Made by a program: the position numbers and the translations under genes
Shown here: positions 10,100-20,778 of the stretch, one piece after another
Layout of the letters: every line of letters begins with the position of its first letter
Numbering within the stretch: the stretch's first letter is position 1
The notes under the pieces: generated by a model
Databases searched by the model: none
What the model saw: the letters and a program-made list of their open reading frames with translations, nothing else
Told to the model about the DNA's origin: nothing
Source of the DNA: a virus
IMG/VR virus record: IMGVR_UViG_3300025127_000009
Span: 64,001-128,000 of that record
DNA length: 64,000 nucleotides
Strand: one strand, 5' to 3'

Positions 10100-10667
10100 T
10101 TATTCCCAAACTTTCTATTGCGTTGACATCTTCTTTTGAATGTACATCTATCAAATCGCAAACATAAGCCCCAGTCTTAACACTTAAATCTCTTTGATAA
10201 ACATACCAAGATTTCATTATTCGAAATGCTGCATTTTGCATCAGATTACCACCAACACTTATTAACTCATTTCTTTCATTTTGTAAAAAACAGTTAATTG
10301 CATCGTCCAGTATATTAGATGTAATTTGAGGTGAATTGGCTTGCAGAGAAATAACAACATCTTCTCTATCGCTTCTTTCTGATTCTTTTATAAAAGAATA
10401 ACAGTCTCTTATGGCATCCATCTTATAAACATGATCTTTAGATAAAGCAGGCGCTCTATCATGTACTTTGGCTCCATATGAGAGTGCTATTTTTTTTATC
10501 TCCAAATCTTCTGTTGAGACCCATACATCTGTTACAAACTTACTGTGTTGTGCAGCCTTTATAGCCCAAAACAACATTGGCTTACCCCATACAGGATATA
10601 TATTTTTCCTGTGAAGTCTTTTAGAACCTCCACGGGCAGGTATTATTGCGATTACTTTCATTAACAA
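10089..10667 (-). CDS. neuA: CMP-nonulosonate synthetase (acylneuraminate cytidylyltransferase)
   Basis: IIPARGGSKRLHRKNI, VWVSTED. Confidence 0.85.
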   Translation of the reverse strand: MLMKVIAIIPARGGSKRLHRKNIYPVWGKPMLFWAIKAAQHSKFVTDVWVSTEDLEIKKIALSYGAKVHDRAPALSKDHVYKMDAIRDCYSFIKESERSDREDVVISLQANSPQITSNILDDAINCFLQNERNELISVGGNLMQNAAFRIMKSWYVYQRDLSVKTGAYVCDLIDVHSKEDVNAIESLGINVE

Positions 10668-10672
10668 ACCTC

Positions 10673-11389
10673 TTACTTAAAAAGGAACCCCATCACTTCT
10701 TTTGTGTTGCTTTTCTTAAGAACGAATCTTTCATTGGTGGCATCCCACTTGTTTCTCATTCTAACTATTTCCGATAAGTCTTCAGAATATTGAAACAAAT
10801 TAAACGTCTCTTCTTCGAAAAAATAAGATTCACTTGCCAAGTGAACAGACTCTTCAAAAACATTTCTTGGTCCCGGATTGTTTCCGGGCCTGTAATATAT
10901 ATCGTCAAACACAATACATCCACCTGGAGCAATAAGCCTGTAAGCGTTCTCAAAATCTTTCTTACATTGATCGTACTTGTGATTGCCATCGATGATTGTT
11001 AAATCAAAGGATGCATCTGGCATTTTTGATAATACTTCTGAAGAATCACCACAAACATAATTAACGTATTCCCCTAAATTAAATTTATTAATTAGTGATT
11101 TAGATTTTAACACAAACTCCTCGTTTATGTCAATTGTTGTAACTTTACCTTTTGCTTCAGAGTCTTCTAATGCTTTTGCCATATACAAACAACTAAACCC
11201 AGGTCCGGTACCAATATCTAAAATGTTTTTATATTTTCTATCTTTTATAATGCAGTAGATTGCTTGGGCCTCGCACACCTTAATAGACCCTTTTATGTAA
11301 TCGGGGATAGACGACACAGTATATCCCTCTTCGTACAGATCAACAAGGTCTTCTTTGTTTCTAGAAACTAGATCGTGTATATAACTCAT
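10673..11389 (-). CDS. Class I SAM-dependent methyltransferase
   Basis: LDIGTGPGFS, IDGNHKY, IVFDD. Confidence 0.85.
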   Translation of the reverse strand: MSYIHDLVSRNKEDLVDLYEEGYTVSSIPDYIKGSIKVCEAQAIYCIIKDRKYKNILDIGTGPGFSCLYMAKALEDSEAKGKVTTIDINEEFVLKSKSLINKFNLGEYVNYVCGDSSEVLSKMPDASFDLTIIDGNHKYDQCKKDFENAYRLIAPGGCIVFDDIYYRPGNNPGPRNVFEESVHLASESYFFEEETFNLFQYSEDLSEIVRMRNKWDATNERFVLKKSNTKEVMGFLFK

Positions 11390-11411
11390 TTTTGCTCCCT
11401 GTTAAATTGAA

Positions 11412-12443
11412 TTATAACAGAACATTAAGTAAATTTTTAGATGAATTGGTGTGGTTATGAAGCCACTCTTCTTTTGCCTTCTCGAAAGACTGTTTTTTAG
11501 CGCCTTTTACGACTTGAATCATAGCATTCAACTTTGAAGTGTTAAAAGACGGATCCAGTGACTTAAGGTTTAAACAATAATCATAATCGTAGAGGTAAGA
11601 ATGGGTTACCCTATGTTTGTGAATTCTTCCATGTCTTTTCGCAGGTTTAATATCAAAATTAATTAAAGGAACATTATGCATTACGCATTCTTCTATCATT
11701 GTCGATCCAGAATTTACAACTAAATCACAAACCTCTAATAGTTCTTGAGTGGTATGTGGAAACCAAGAATCATCAAAAAATAATCTATTTCCATCCTCAG
11801 TTATTTTTTTTATTGTCTTTTTATCTATCGGATCTTTGCCTCTGCTTTTTATAAGAACCTGCCACCCCAGATCATTAAAGTTTTTAATTATGCTAATAGG
11901 CATATTGTGTAAATCTCTAGATTTTGGCCAAATGAACAAAACTTTTTTAGTATCTTTGTTTAGTTTATATTTTTCTAGAACCAGTTTGCTTTCTATGTCT
12001 ACGTCATATTTTGTTGTTCCAAAGTAAACATTTTTTTCAGTATTGCATTCATAGAAATCAGCGATATTTTTACTCGGCATCATAATCATATCATAAACTT
12101 GCTGATAATTAAACTTATGATAATTTAACACGAAATCAGTTTGATAAGTGGTTGTAACTTTTTTATCAACCTTGCATTGCGTTATTATATCCATACAAGA
12201 TTTCTCATTAGTAATAATATTATTTTTTACTTTTGTTAGTGAAGATATATTTTCTAAATTAACCGAATATTTTGAAATAAATTTTTCTAATTCTAAAAAG
12301 TTTTTTTCTAGCGATGGGCAGTTATACTTATTAGATTTTGCCATGTAAAACGTCGATGTTGCTCCGAGTTTCTTACCTTGTATAACTATCGGTGCAAAGT
12401 ATCTTAAGTGTGTCATTTCTCTGAGACAAAAATTCAGATCCAT
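11412..12443 (-). CDS. GT-B-fold sugar transferase/hydrolase-like protein
   Basis: ELLEVCDLVVNSGSTMIEECVMHNVPLI is a typical GT-B C-terminal motif; start revised to the ATG coupled to the upstream stop. Confidence 0.55.
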   Translation of the reverse strand: MDLNFCLREMTHLRYFAPIVIQGKKLGATSTFYMAKSNKYNCPSLEKNFLELEKFISKYSVNLENISSLTKVKNNIITNEKSCMDIITQCKVDKKVTTTYQTDFVLNYHKFNYQQVYDMIMMPSKNIADFYECNTEKNVYFGTTKYDVDIESKLVLEKYKLNKDTKKVLFIWPKSRDLHNMPISIIKNFNDLGWQVLIKSRGKDPIDKKTIKKITEDGNRLFFDDSWFPHTTQELLEVCDLVVNSGSTMIEECVMHNVPLINFDIKPAKRHGRIHKHRVTHSYLYDYDYCLNLKSLDPSFNTSKLNAMIQVVKGAKKQSFEKAKEEWLHNHTNSSKNLLNVLL

Positions 12444-13339
12444 TATAAATTCTCTGCCACTTCTAACACTTTTGCCATGCAACTTTGCCAAGAATATGGT
12501 TTATATTTGTTTTTAATTAAAGAAATATTAGAATTTAACAAATCTACCAATTCACTCTCACTCGAAAACACATTTTCTTCTCCGGCAAATTCTACAGCAC
12601 CACCGCCTTCACTATAAACTATAGTTGGTATACCGCACGCTACACTTTCAATTATGTGATTTGGCCCAGGATCATATCTTGTACCACTAACATAAACATC
12701 GTACTTCGACAATTCCTCTCCTAACTCTAAACCGTGAAGAGGCCTAATCATCATCGAGTTGTCCAAAGACTTTTTACAATTTCCAATATACGTAAAAGTA
12801 AACTTATCATCACTCCTTACATATTCATTTAAGAACATATAATAATCTAAACCTTTCATTGGATTGTTTGACCAATGGTGAGTAACAATATTAATTTTGT
12901 TGTTATCAATCTTCTTTCTTGGTTGAAAGTGATTTAAATCAACACCATTATAAACTACTGAATGATTTTTACAGCCCCAACCCAACGACAGGTGATGATC
13001 TTTTATCCAATTAGAAACAAAAATTGTATGATCTGATATCAAACTGCAGTTTCTAAGCATTGCATTCATGTTGTTTGTATTTTTTCTAGCATCACACTCA
13101 TTAACTCTATGCATTATCTTGACATTGGGAAATCTTTTTTTAAAATTATAAATTTCATTTATAGAAACATTTGTACTGCCATATCTTGGATCTTGAATAA
13201 AGATTAAATCTATATCATCTTCCAAGTGAGGAGTTACAGTATGACCTTTCTTTTTAAACTGATCATAAAAGGCTTTTAAGAAGAGGTTGCCTCCACCCCA
13301 CGGGCCATCTACGGGTACTCTGTTTATAAATACTTTCAT
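12443..13339 (-). CDS. Glycosyltransferase family 4
   Basis: VYNGVD, DVYVSGTRYDPGPNHIIESVACGIP. Confidence 0.85.
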   Translation of the reverse strand: MKVFINRVPVDGPWGGGNLFLKAFYDQFKKKGHTVTPHLEDDIDLIFIQDPRYGSTNVSINEIYNFKKRFPNVKIMHRVNECDARKNTNNMNAMLRNCSLISDHTIFVSNWIKDHHLSLGWGCKNHSVVYNGVDLNHFQPRKKIDNNKINIVTHHWSNNPMKGLDYYMFLNEYVRSDDKFTFTYIGNCKKSLDNSMMIRPLHGLELGEELSKYDVYVSGTRYDPGPNHIIESVACGIPTIVYSEGGGAVEFAGEENVFSSESELVDLLNSNISLIKNKYKPYSWQSCMAKVLEVAENL

Positions 13340-14250
13340 TACATTTTTGATAAAACTGTTACAAATTCACTAAAACCTTGCGGTATGTGAATTTTTTTAA
13401 CGTTCTCTAGAGCCACTTTTGTATCAGTGGCACCACTATCTATATTACCGGGTTTAAATATAGATTTTTCACTTAATATTAAGCCTGCAGCACCAACATC
13501 TGTAGATAATATTGGAACTTCTATTGTTGCACATTCAAATATCGCTTGAGGTCCACCCTCATGGCGGGAAGCGACTATATACAAGTCTAAAGAATTATAT
13601 AGTTTGTTTAAATCTTCAAATGAAGGCAACTCATAATAGTGGTATTTTATACCAACATCTTCGAGCCTATTCATAACATATTGTCTGCGCCAGCCAGCCA
13701 GTAAAACTTCAACTTTTTTTGTTTTTGAAATTTGGTAAACGGCATCACAAAATTGATCTGGCCCTTTTTCTAGTTTTGGAGATTTAAGATCTGAGCCCTC
13801 GGTGTCTCTTTGAAAGGAACCAATCAAATACACGTCTTTTTTTATATTTAATTTTTCTCTAATTTTCAACTTGTTGTTCAGATTCTTCCACAAATTTTGA
13901 TTTACCCAAAACGGCTGCGTAAAAATAGGCTTGTTTGTAATATTTTTAATTTGATCTTTTGTTTTCTCACTAGGTACGTGATACATATCAACTAAAGCAT
14001 CACGATGCAAAAATTCGTTTAACTTAAAAGAATCAAACTTTTCTGGAACTATGTGATGAATGGTGCAAAGTACTTTTTTGCTTCGCAATATTTCTAATGG
14101 TATCCGCATCCACTGCCAGGGAGCGATAATCCAAATTATATCTGCTTCTAAGGGGTTTTCAGTAGAGATGTTCGGATTATTTTCATACCACTCTTTTCTA
14201 AACCTATCTACTACCCAAGATTCTTGTGGATTGTTTAGATATACCTTCAC
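13339..14250 (-). CDS. Glycosyltransferase family 4
   Basis: DLYIVASRHEGGPQAIFECA, STDVG. Confidence 0.85.
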   Translation of the reverse strand: MKVYLNNPQESWVVDRFRKEWYENNPNISTENPLEADIIWIIAPWQWMRIPLEILRSKKVLCTIHHIVPEKFDSFKLNEFLHRDALVDMYHVPSEKTKDQIKNITNKPIFTQPFWVNQNLWKNLNNKLKIREKLNIKKDVYLIGSFQRDTEGSDLKSPKLEKGPDQFCDAVYQISKTKKVEVLLAGWRRQYVMNRLEDVGIKYHYYELPSFEDLNKLYNSLDLYIVASRHEGGPQAIFECATIEVPILSTDVGAAGLILSEKSIFKPGNIDSGATDTKVALENVKKIHIPQGFSEFVTVLSKM

Positions 14251-14951
14251 TTTCTTAATATTACTATACCATTGTCTGTAGATTTTCTATCTTCATTGAA
14301 GAGGTGGCCATGAAAACAGACCAATTCTGCTGAATATGATGGATTATTTTGTAGTATTTCATCTACAACTTTTTTAACAGAAAATTTAGTTGGATGATAA
14401 TCATCAAATAAAATAATACCACCTTCGCGAACTAATTGATCGCATATCTGAAAATCTTCTCTGATAATATTAATGTTTTCGTGATCACCATCTATAAATG
14501 CAAGATCAATTTCACCCTCGTATTCTTGAACAATAAACGGTATTTCTGACCTATGTTTAAACGATATCTTTTCTTTTTCTTGCCCTTCCACCATTTGATA
14601 CAACTCATAATTGGAAACTTGAAATGGCTGATATGCAATTGCTTCATTCTTTTTTTGAAAGTGCGAAACTATATCAACTGTTATGATTTCTTCTATTTCC
14701 TCTTCCAGGGCAACAGAATAGCACGCTGTTCCTCTACCTGTTCCTATTTCAAAGAAAGTAGAAGCACCAATGTGATTTGCTATAGACTTAACTAGAAAAC
14801 ATTGTTCAGACCCATACGACATTTCACCGCTCTTCTTAGTCTTATCGACTCTTGTTTTCGTCAACATGCATATGCTAGTCAAAGGTTTTAAATCTTTATT
14901 CCAGTCGTAATTAATTTTTTCAAAATATTCTACTAAGTTAGTTGTTTTCAT
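14247..14951 (-). CDS. Class I SAM-dependent methyltransferase
   Basis: FEIGTGRG, FIDGDH, ILFDDY. Confidence 0.85.
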   Translation of the reverse strand: MKTTNLVEYFEKINYDWNKDLKPLTSICMLTKTRVDKTKKSGEMSYGSEQCFLVKSIANHIGASTFFEIGTGRGTACYSVALEEEIEEIITVDIVSHFQKKNEAIAYQPFQVSNYELYQMVEGQEKEKISFKHRSEIPFIVQEYEGEIDLAFIDGDHENINIIREDFQICDQLVREGGIILFDDYHPTKFSVKKVVDEILQNNPSYSAELVCFHGHLFNEDRKSTDNGIVILRK

Positions 14952-15846
14952 GTAATCTCCCTAAAAAATCGGAATATTGTTTTGCTACAAAAGTCATATC
15001 AATATTCGAAGAATGTAAATTCTCTCTTTTGTTTTGAAAATTTAAAGCAGGAGGATTGTACAAATCTAAAGGCTTAAAATCCCAATCTTCCTCTTCGATT
15101 ATCTGCGCGTCCAAACCTGCTATCTCTTTGGTTCCCCCAGATGAGGAACATATAATTTTACATCCAGATGCCCTTGCATCAACAACAACGTTAGGACAGT
15201 GATCTAGCCAAGCCAAATGAATAAAATAATCGCTTGCTTTATATACAGATATAAGATCGTTAATGTTTAAATTTCCAATATAAAAAATTCTTTTATGCTT
15301 TAAAATTTGAGACTTATCAACATCTCCTGCAATTATTAGACCGTCCCTTTCAGCACTGTGTTCTAAAAAATAACGAATATTTTCAGACAATCTTTTGTGT
15401 GGTCTCCAACTAGATGCACAACACCATATTTTATCGTAAGTTCTTGTGAAAGAATTATTCAATGGCCTTATGTTTTTTATATATTCAAAATCTGCACCAT
15501 TTCTTATAATTTTGTAGTTATGGTGATGTCCAAAATAATTAAATATGAGATCTTTGTTAAACTGAGTTTGGAATATAACTCCTGCCGCTTCATCGTATGT
15601 TCGTTTAATTAAACTATTCTGCATATTATAATCAAACTTGTTGTTAAAATAAATTCCATCCAGTCTTTGAACTAACGGGATGTTTTCTATTTTATTGTTT
15701 CTCTGTATAAAAGACAACTGTAGATCGAAGGCTTTATCAAACCTAAAAGTATGATCTAACAATTCTAGATATCTTTTAAGTTTGTTACCAAAGTGATTTG
15801 GGCCAGAAGTTGACATAATGTTTACGTTATCTAAAAATATGTTCAC
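14938..15846 (-). CDS. Glycosyltransferase family 4
   Basis: IRNGAD, HLAWLDHCPNVVVDARASG. Confidence 0.85.
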   Translation of the reverse strand: MNIFLDNVNIMSTSGPNHFGNKLKRYLELLDHTFRFDKAFDLQLSFIQRNNKIENIPLVQRLDGIYFNNKFDYNMQNSLIKRTYDEAAGVIFQTQFNKDLIFNYFGHHHNYKIIRNGADFEYIKNIRPLNNSFTRTYDKIWCCASSWRPHKRLSENIRYFLEHSAERDGLIIAGDVDKSQILKHKRIFYIGNLNINDLISVYKASDYFIHLAWLDHCPNVVVDARASGCKIICSSSGGTKEIAGLDAQIIEEEDWDFKPLDLYNPPALNFQNKRENLHSSNIDMTFVAKQYSDFLGRLHENN

Positions 15847-16607
15847 AACGAAGATACCCTACCATACGGAGTTTTATTTGTTACAATCGACTCAATTCTT
15901 AATTGTTGAGCCCTGTGTGCTCTATCAACTGATATCGGATTCAATCTGTTGTAAATATACAAAACTTTGTTGATCAACGTGATTCGATCTGGGCCTGCCA
16001 TCTCCACCATCGGATACATCATAACCCTATCAAAAGTAAATTTATAAAACTCGTCATCTTCATCTATCATGTCTTTAACATTAATTTTTTCAAACAACTC
16101 TTTTTTGAATGTTCTAAGATGAGAAAAAGACCAATGTTTTTTTCTTATATTGGTGTTCCAATATTCTTCTGTTACATACTCTGGTGTTACCACTTGATAA
16201 TTATCATTTTGCATATATGACCCAACAGTTAACCAGCAATCGGTGCTGTTATACACAGAATTTAGATACGACAAAACATTGTTGTCTGCCAAATAATCAT
16301 CACCATCCAATGTTAAAATTATAGTACCATCTTTTGCTGTTGTTATGTGATCATATAAATTTTTAAGCGCTCTAACGTTTTTTTTATTTGATACTAATTT
16401 AAATTTTTTGTTTGAATTAGAAAGTATTTCTTCTACCTTCATTTGTGTATTATCTGTTGATGCATCGTTAATGTAAACAACATCAAAATTATCGTATTCT
16501 TGTTCTAATGCAGAATTAAGATTTTTTTCTACCCATTCTTCGCAGTTGTACGCTGGTATCACTATTGTAAAATGATTCGACTTCATTTTTAAAATGCTTT
16601 TTGCCAA
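15843..16607 (-). CDS. Glycosyltransferase family 2
   Basis: IVIPAYNCE, INDASTD, LDGDD. Confidence 0.9.
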   Translation of the reverse strand: MAKSILKMKSNHFTIVIPAYNCEEWVEKNLNSALEQEYDNFDVVYINDASTDNTQMKVEEILSNSNKKFKLVSNKKNVRALKNLYDHITTAKDGTIILTLDGDDYLADNNVLSYLNSVYNSTDCWLTVGSYMQNDNYQVVTPEYVTEEYWNTNIRKKHWSFSHLRTFKKELFEKINVKDMIDEDDEFYKFTFDRVMMYPMVEMAGPDRITLINKVLYIYNRLNPISVDRAHRAQQLRIESIVTNKTPYGRVSSL

Positions 16608-18685
16608 AAATACTTTGGTCTAGACTTTAAATATTCTACCGTTCCAGCGTAATCTTGATTAAACCACTCCTCGTCTTTGTGTTGCACTAAGTCGTTAATA
16701 TCTAATTCACAACCAAGCAACTTAGCCTCAATAACCATTCTTGGGCAAGTATCTAGACCAGATGGCTTAAAGCAAAGACCCTTCGACTCTGCTAGTTTTT
16801 GCAAAAATTCTTTGTAGTTCATATTCCACAAAACCTCGTAGTCATACTTATTTTCTCTACAGTGAGCCTCTGTTTCGTTTAGTCCCTTCACCCAACTTCG
16901 AGATCCAAGTACAACCCATTTGTCGTTCTTGTTCTTAGAAGAGTCTTGCAAATGATCAACAAAAGCAAAAAAACTTTCATCAAACAATGATGATAAAACG
17001 AACATGTTTTTGTTTTTTAATCCCGGTAATAGTGAGTTGTGTAAATTCATTTGTTCTTTTGACATAAAGAAGACAGATTTAGCGTTGTTGCAAAAACTTG
17101 TAAGCGCTTGGCCTCTATCTGTATTTTTGTAGTCGCATGTAGTTCTTTCCACCATTTCATATAGTTTTGGGTTTCTGTGTTTACAGAATTTGTAATCAAA
17201 CTCTACAAAACTATAGGATATGTTTGATTCTATTATATCCTTAATTATCTCATCGGTTAGCCCAGCAATATTGCCAAATACCCATTTAGCATCTGTGTTA
17301 TTGTTGATGAAATCTTTTGTAAGTTCTTTGCTATGCACTTTTACTTTTTTATTAGACTCGCAATTGCTAATTAGCGTTTGAAGGCTCATTTCCGCGCCAC
17401 CAACGTAGTCCTCTACAAACAAATCACTTACAAATATATATTCAGGTTTAACTAACCACTTCTCGGGAATTAGAGTATTAAGCATTTTCTCTAGTATAAT
17501 ATCTAAATTAACAGTTGACTTTAGGTGACTTGCTAACTTTTTTGCCCAAGAAAGATAAACACCATAATCTTTATAAACATTTCTTATCTTGTTTTTAAAA
17601 TCAAATTCTGACGGATAGCACCACATGGCATCTTGTTGTAAAACTCCGTCCCACACAGCCTCTTTTTGTATATGCCTTAAAGTGTAATCCACCTTTGAAA
17701 ACAAGGCTTTATTCTTCATCTTTTTAGTTCTTTTATTTCGGACTGGAGCGTATAGAAAATCCATATGTCCAGACCATCCAGGTGCTACAACTGGTAGTTC
17801 ATTGTATGCTGCTTCAAATAGTGGTAAACCAAAACCCTCTCCGTGGGTCGCACTAATGATGGCTTTTATTTTGGGGTGCTTATATAAAGAATTTATTTCT
17901 TCATCAGTCATATCTCCGTGCATAAAATACAACGAAGCCTTGCTGTCCTGTAAACCTTTAATTTCTATAAGTTGCTTGATTCTATTTAAACAATGCTCCC
18001 TATCTGCAATGCAGTTTTTTGCCATATTTGTTTTTAAAACTAATCCAACTTCTTCATCTTTAAATTCAGTCAAGAACCATTCTATTGTATTTTCTAAATT
18101 TTTTCTTATGCCCCACTGTGCTACGCAAAGAAAATTAAAATCTGTTTCTAATTCTAAATCTAAATCTGGACTATTTGGATACTCTCTGATAGGATAACTA
18201 ACGACTTCTACTGGCGCTCCGCAACCAACTCTTAACTCTTGTCCTGTCTTTTCATTTTTTGCTTGATAGAAAGTATTTTCAAATCCCCATTTTGCAAAAG
18301 TACTAGGCACAACTATTTTGCTCATCTCATATGATTTTTCAATCCAACTAGGAGCAACCTTGGTAGCCTCAATCCCGGCTGTGACACAAACACTGTAGGG
18401 CGCTTTCTTTTCAAACTCCACTGGAATTCCTATATGGATATGCACATCGAAATTTCTGTTTTCTTCTTTTAAAAGTTGAAACTTTGTTACTAAACTGTGA
18501 ATCCAATCTATTTCTTCACTATTGATACTTTGAAGCCAGTTTGTATCTCCCCAAGAAAGCGGTGAAACATATAAATCAAAATTTTCAATTCTTTTTCTTA
18601 ACGCTTGAAGCACTAACCTAGTGTGAACCCCGTATCCCGATCTTGTAAGCGCTGGGCCTTCTACTAATACTTTTACTACGCTCAT
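16589..18685 (-). CDS. Two-module glycosyltransferase (GT4-like N-terminal module plus second GT-B-like module)
   Basis: HGEGFGLPLFEAA in module 1; DTCPRMVIEAKLLGC in module 2. Confidence 0.8.
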   Translation of the reverse strand: MSVVKVLVEGPALTRSGYGVHTRLVLQALRKRIENFDLYVSPLSWGDTNWLQSINSEEIDWIHSLVTKFQLLKEENRNFDVHIHIGIPVEFEKKAPYSVCVTAGIEATKVAPSWIEKSYEMSKIVVPSTFAKWGFENTFYQAKNEKTGQELRVGCGAPVEVVSYPIREYPNSPDLDLELETDFNFLCVAQWGIRKNLENTIEWFLTEFKDEEVGLVLKTNMAKNCIADREHCLNRIKQLIEIKGLQDSKASLYFMHGDMTDEEINSLYKHPKIKAIISATHGEGFGLPLFEAAYNELPVVAPGWSGHMDFLYAPVRNKRTKKMKNKALFSKVDYTLRHIQKEAVWDGVLQQDAMWCYPSEFDFKNKIRNVYKDYGVYLSWAKKLASHLKSTVNLDIILEKMLNTLIPEKWLVKPEYIFVSDLFVEDYVGGAEMSLQTLISNCESNKKVKVHSKELTKDFINNNTDAKWVFGNIAGLTDEIIKDIIESNISYSFVEFDYKFCKHRNPKLYEMVERTTCDYKNTDRGQALTSFCNNAKSVFFMSKEQMNLHNSLLPGLKNKNMFVLSSLFDESFFAFVDHLQDSSKNKNDKWVVLGSRSWVKGLNETEAHCRENKYDYEVLWNMNYKEFLQKLAESKGLCFKPSGLDTCPRMVIEAKLLGCELDINDLVQHKDEEWFNQDYAGTVEYLKSRPKYFWQKAF

Positions 18686-19950
18686 AATACTTTATTTATA
18701 CTCCAATGTTTTAGATTTCTAGATTCCCAAGAGCCCTGTTCTTCATGAATTTTTGTCAGTAAATTGTCCCAAGAACTAATATAATTTTCCATACTATAAT
18801 TTTTCATTACGTGTTCTCGACCTTTTTTGCCAAGTTCTTCAAGTTCTTTTTCGCTTTTTGAAAACATTTCTACCATAGCGTTTGAAACTTCTTCACCATT
18901 TACTCTATCTTCATATATCCAAGGAACTTCTTGCGACCCTATGATTGCTTTAGAAGCAGGCTGCAAACCTATACCAAACCAATCTTTACCATTTGTTACC
19001 TGCTCTTGCAATCCGCCTGTCATGTTGACAATTATTGGTGTTTCAGTTGCAAGAGATTCCAACGTAGAGAGACCAAAACCTTCTGCATCAGATATGTTAA
19101 TTGTACAATCACAAGAATTATAAAGCACTGATAACTGTTCTATTGAAATTTTTTGGGTAGATAATTTAAATTGATCGTCATCTAGATTAAGTCGCTTTTT
19201 AATTGCGTATAAATCTTGACCATTTGGATCATTTGGCTCAGTATGCATAATAAGCGTTGCCTTATCTCTCCCCACCTTATCTAAGAAATCATTAAACCAA
19301 AATATTAACGAACCAGATTGTTTTCTTCTAGCGTTTCTGTTGTTCCAGAAAAATACAAACCTTTTGTTACCTTTTGAATCAATGCCTACTTGATTTTCTT
19401 TTTTAAAGTGTTCAATCGTTTTTGTGTCTTTTATTTTCTCAAAAACAGAATCGTTTACTGCGTGAGGTATATGATACAAATCAACCTCTGGCGCTACATT
19501 TGCTACAATATCATTCGTTACCTTACTAATTGTAACAATGGCGTCGTTGGATAAATACCACTTTCTATTGAAAGTAGGGTAAGGTAGGTTGTCCCACACA
19601 TGATAATAAACCAAAGGAGCCACAGATCGTACTTCATTTTCTATCTCCCACAACCATGTCCAAAATCTTGGATCTGTCATAATCCAAACAATATCTGGCT
19701 TTTGCGCATGTAAAAGAGCCCTCACTTGTTCTTTTGAGCCGTAACCATCTACAGGGAATATAACCCAATCATCTCCGTATTCTTCTGTTTTTATGGGTTG
19801 ATAATCGTGATGTTTTATGGCACCACCAAAACAAACAAACTGAAATCTGCCAGTTTTTAGAAGGCCTTCTATCATATATCTTGTTTGGGTGCCGACACCA
19901 GATGGCGCGAGGGGACTATCTGCCAAGCAGAAAACTTTTATTTTTTTCAT
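18682..19950 (-). CDS. Glycosyltransferase family 4
   Basis: ISDAEGFGLSTLES, NMTGGL. Confidence 0.9.
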   Translation of the reverse strand: MKKIKVFCLADSPLAPSGVGTQTRYMIEGLLKTGRFQFVCFGGAIKHHDYQPIKTEEYGDDWVIFPVDGYGSKEQVRALLHAQKPDIVWIMTDPRFWTWLWEIENEVRSVAPLVYYHVWDNLPYPTFNRKWYLSNDAIVTISKVTNDIVANVAPEVDLYHIPHAVNDSVFEKIKDTKTIEHFKKENQVGIDSKGNKRFVFFWNNRNARRKQSGSLIFWFNDFLDKVGRDKATLIMHTEPNDPNGQDLYAIKKRLNLDDDQFKLSTQKISIEQLSVLYNSCDCTINISDAEGFGLSTLESLATETPIIVNMTGGLQEQVTNGKDWFGIGLQPASKAIIGSQEVPWIYEDRVNGEEVSNAMVEMFSKSEKELEELGKKGREHVMKNYSMENYISSWDNLLTKIHEEQGSWESRNLKHWSINKVL

Positions 19951-19953
19951 ATA

Positions 19954-20778
19954 TTACCTACAATGTTCAGTTTGATAAAATTCACAATATTTACAGGCTG
20001 TACGATTCTTAATAACGTTTCCTGCTTTAATGTTGTGTATCGCTTTTTTTAAATGCGCTAAAGCGTTACTTGTTTTTCTTTCTCCACTAGAAACTCTAAA
20101 TATCTCTGCTTTATCTTTTTTTGCAGTTCTTTTCAATAAAGCAAAATGTGTTTCAATGTTGTTCACATCAATATTATACTTCAAAGCGTAAAAGTTTTTA
20201 TACAAAGTTAACTGATATGAGATTATTTTATCTGTTTTCTTTTTCATGTCCCACCCCCAAGAACAAGTTTTCCAATCAATTATGTGATATTTGCCGTCTT
20301 CAGTTTTTAAGACGAGATCAATAAAACCCTTAAATTTATAATCTGTATCATGATCTTGTGTGCGAATATTTTCGAACAACATCTCTTCGACAGCAATCAC
20401 TTGATATTGATGAAAATGACTAGTTAATGATGGCAATATGTATTGTATGATATCGTCACCCTGTTTTCTCATATCTATTACAAGTTTTTTATTTAACTGA
20501 TGGGTTTTTGAAATTTCGGTTAACTCTTCCAAAAACTTTTTTTGAAATATGAGTTTTGCTTGTTCTATTTTTGAATTATCAACTACTAATTCTTCGCAAA
20601 CAAAATGTAAAGCCGTACCAAAAGCGGTGTATTCATTTCCCTGAAACTTTTTTATTTTGTCCAGATACACTAGTTTGTGCTTGTGGCTGCACTCCGTCCA
20701 CATCTTCATTTCTGAGTAACTTATCTTTTTGATTGGCGTTTGACCGACGTCTTGGAGTACTTTTAACTGATTTGACAT
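19954..20778 (-). CDS. PD-(D/E)XK nuclease, Cas4/RecB-like, with Fe-S-type Cys pattern
   Basis: GTALH, FKGFIDL, IIDWKT, QL..Y; N-terminal Cys and C-terminal CKYC..C. Confidence 0.85.
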   Translation of the reverse strand: MSNQLKVLQDVGQTPIKKISYSEMKMWTECSHKHKLVYLDKIKKFQGNEYTAFGTALHFVCEELVVDNSKIEQAKLIFQKKFLEELTEISKTHQLNKKLVIDMRKQGDDIIQYILPSLTSHFHQYQVIAVEEMLFENIRTQDHDTDYKFKGFIDLVLKTEDGKYHIIDWKTCSWGWDMKKKTDKIISYQLTLYKNFYALKYNIDVNNIETHFALLKRTAKKDKAEIFRVSSGERKTSNALAHLKKAIHNIKAGNVIKNRTACKYCEFYQTEHCR

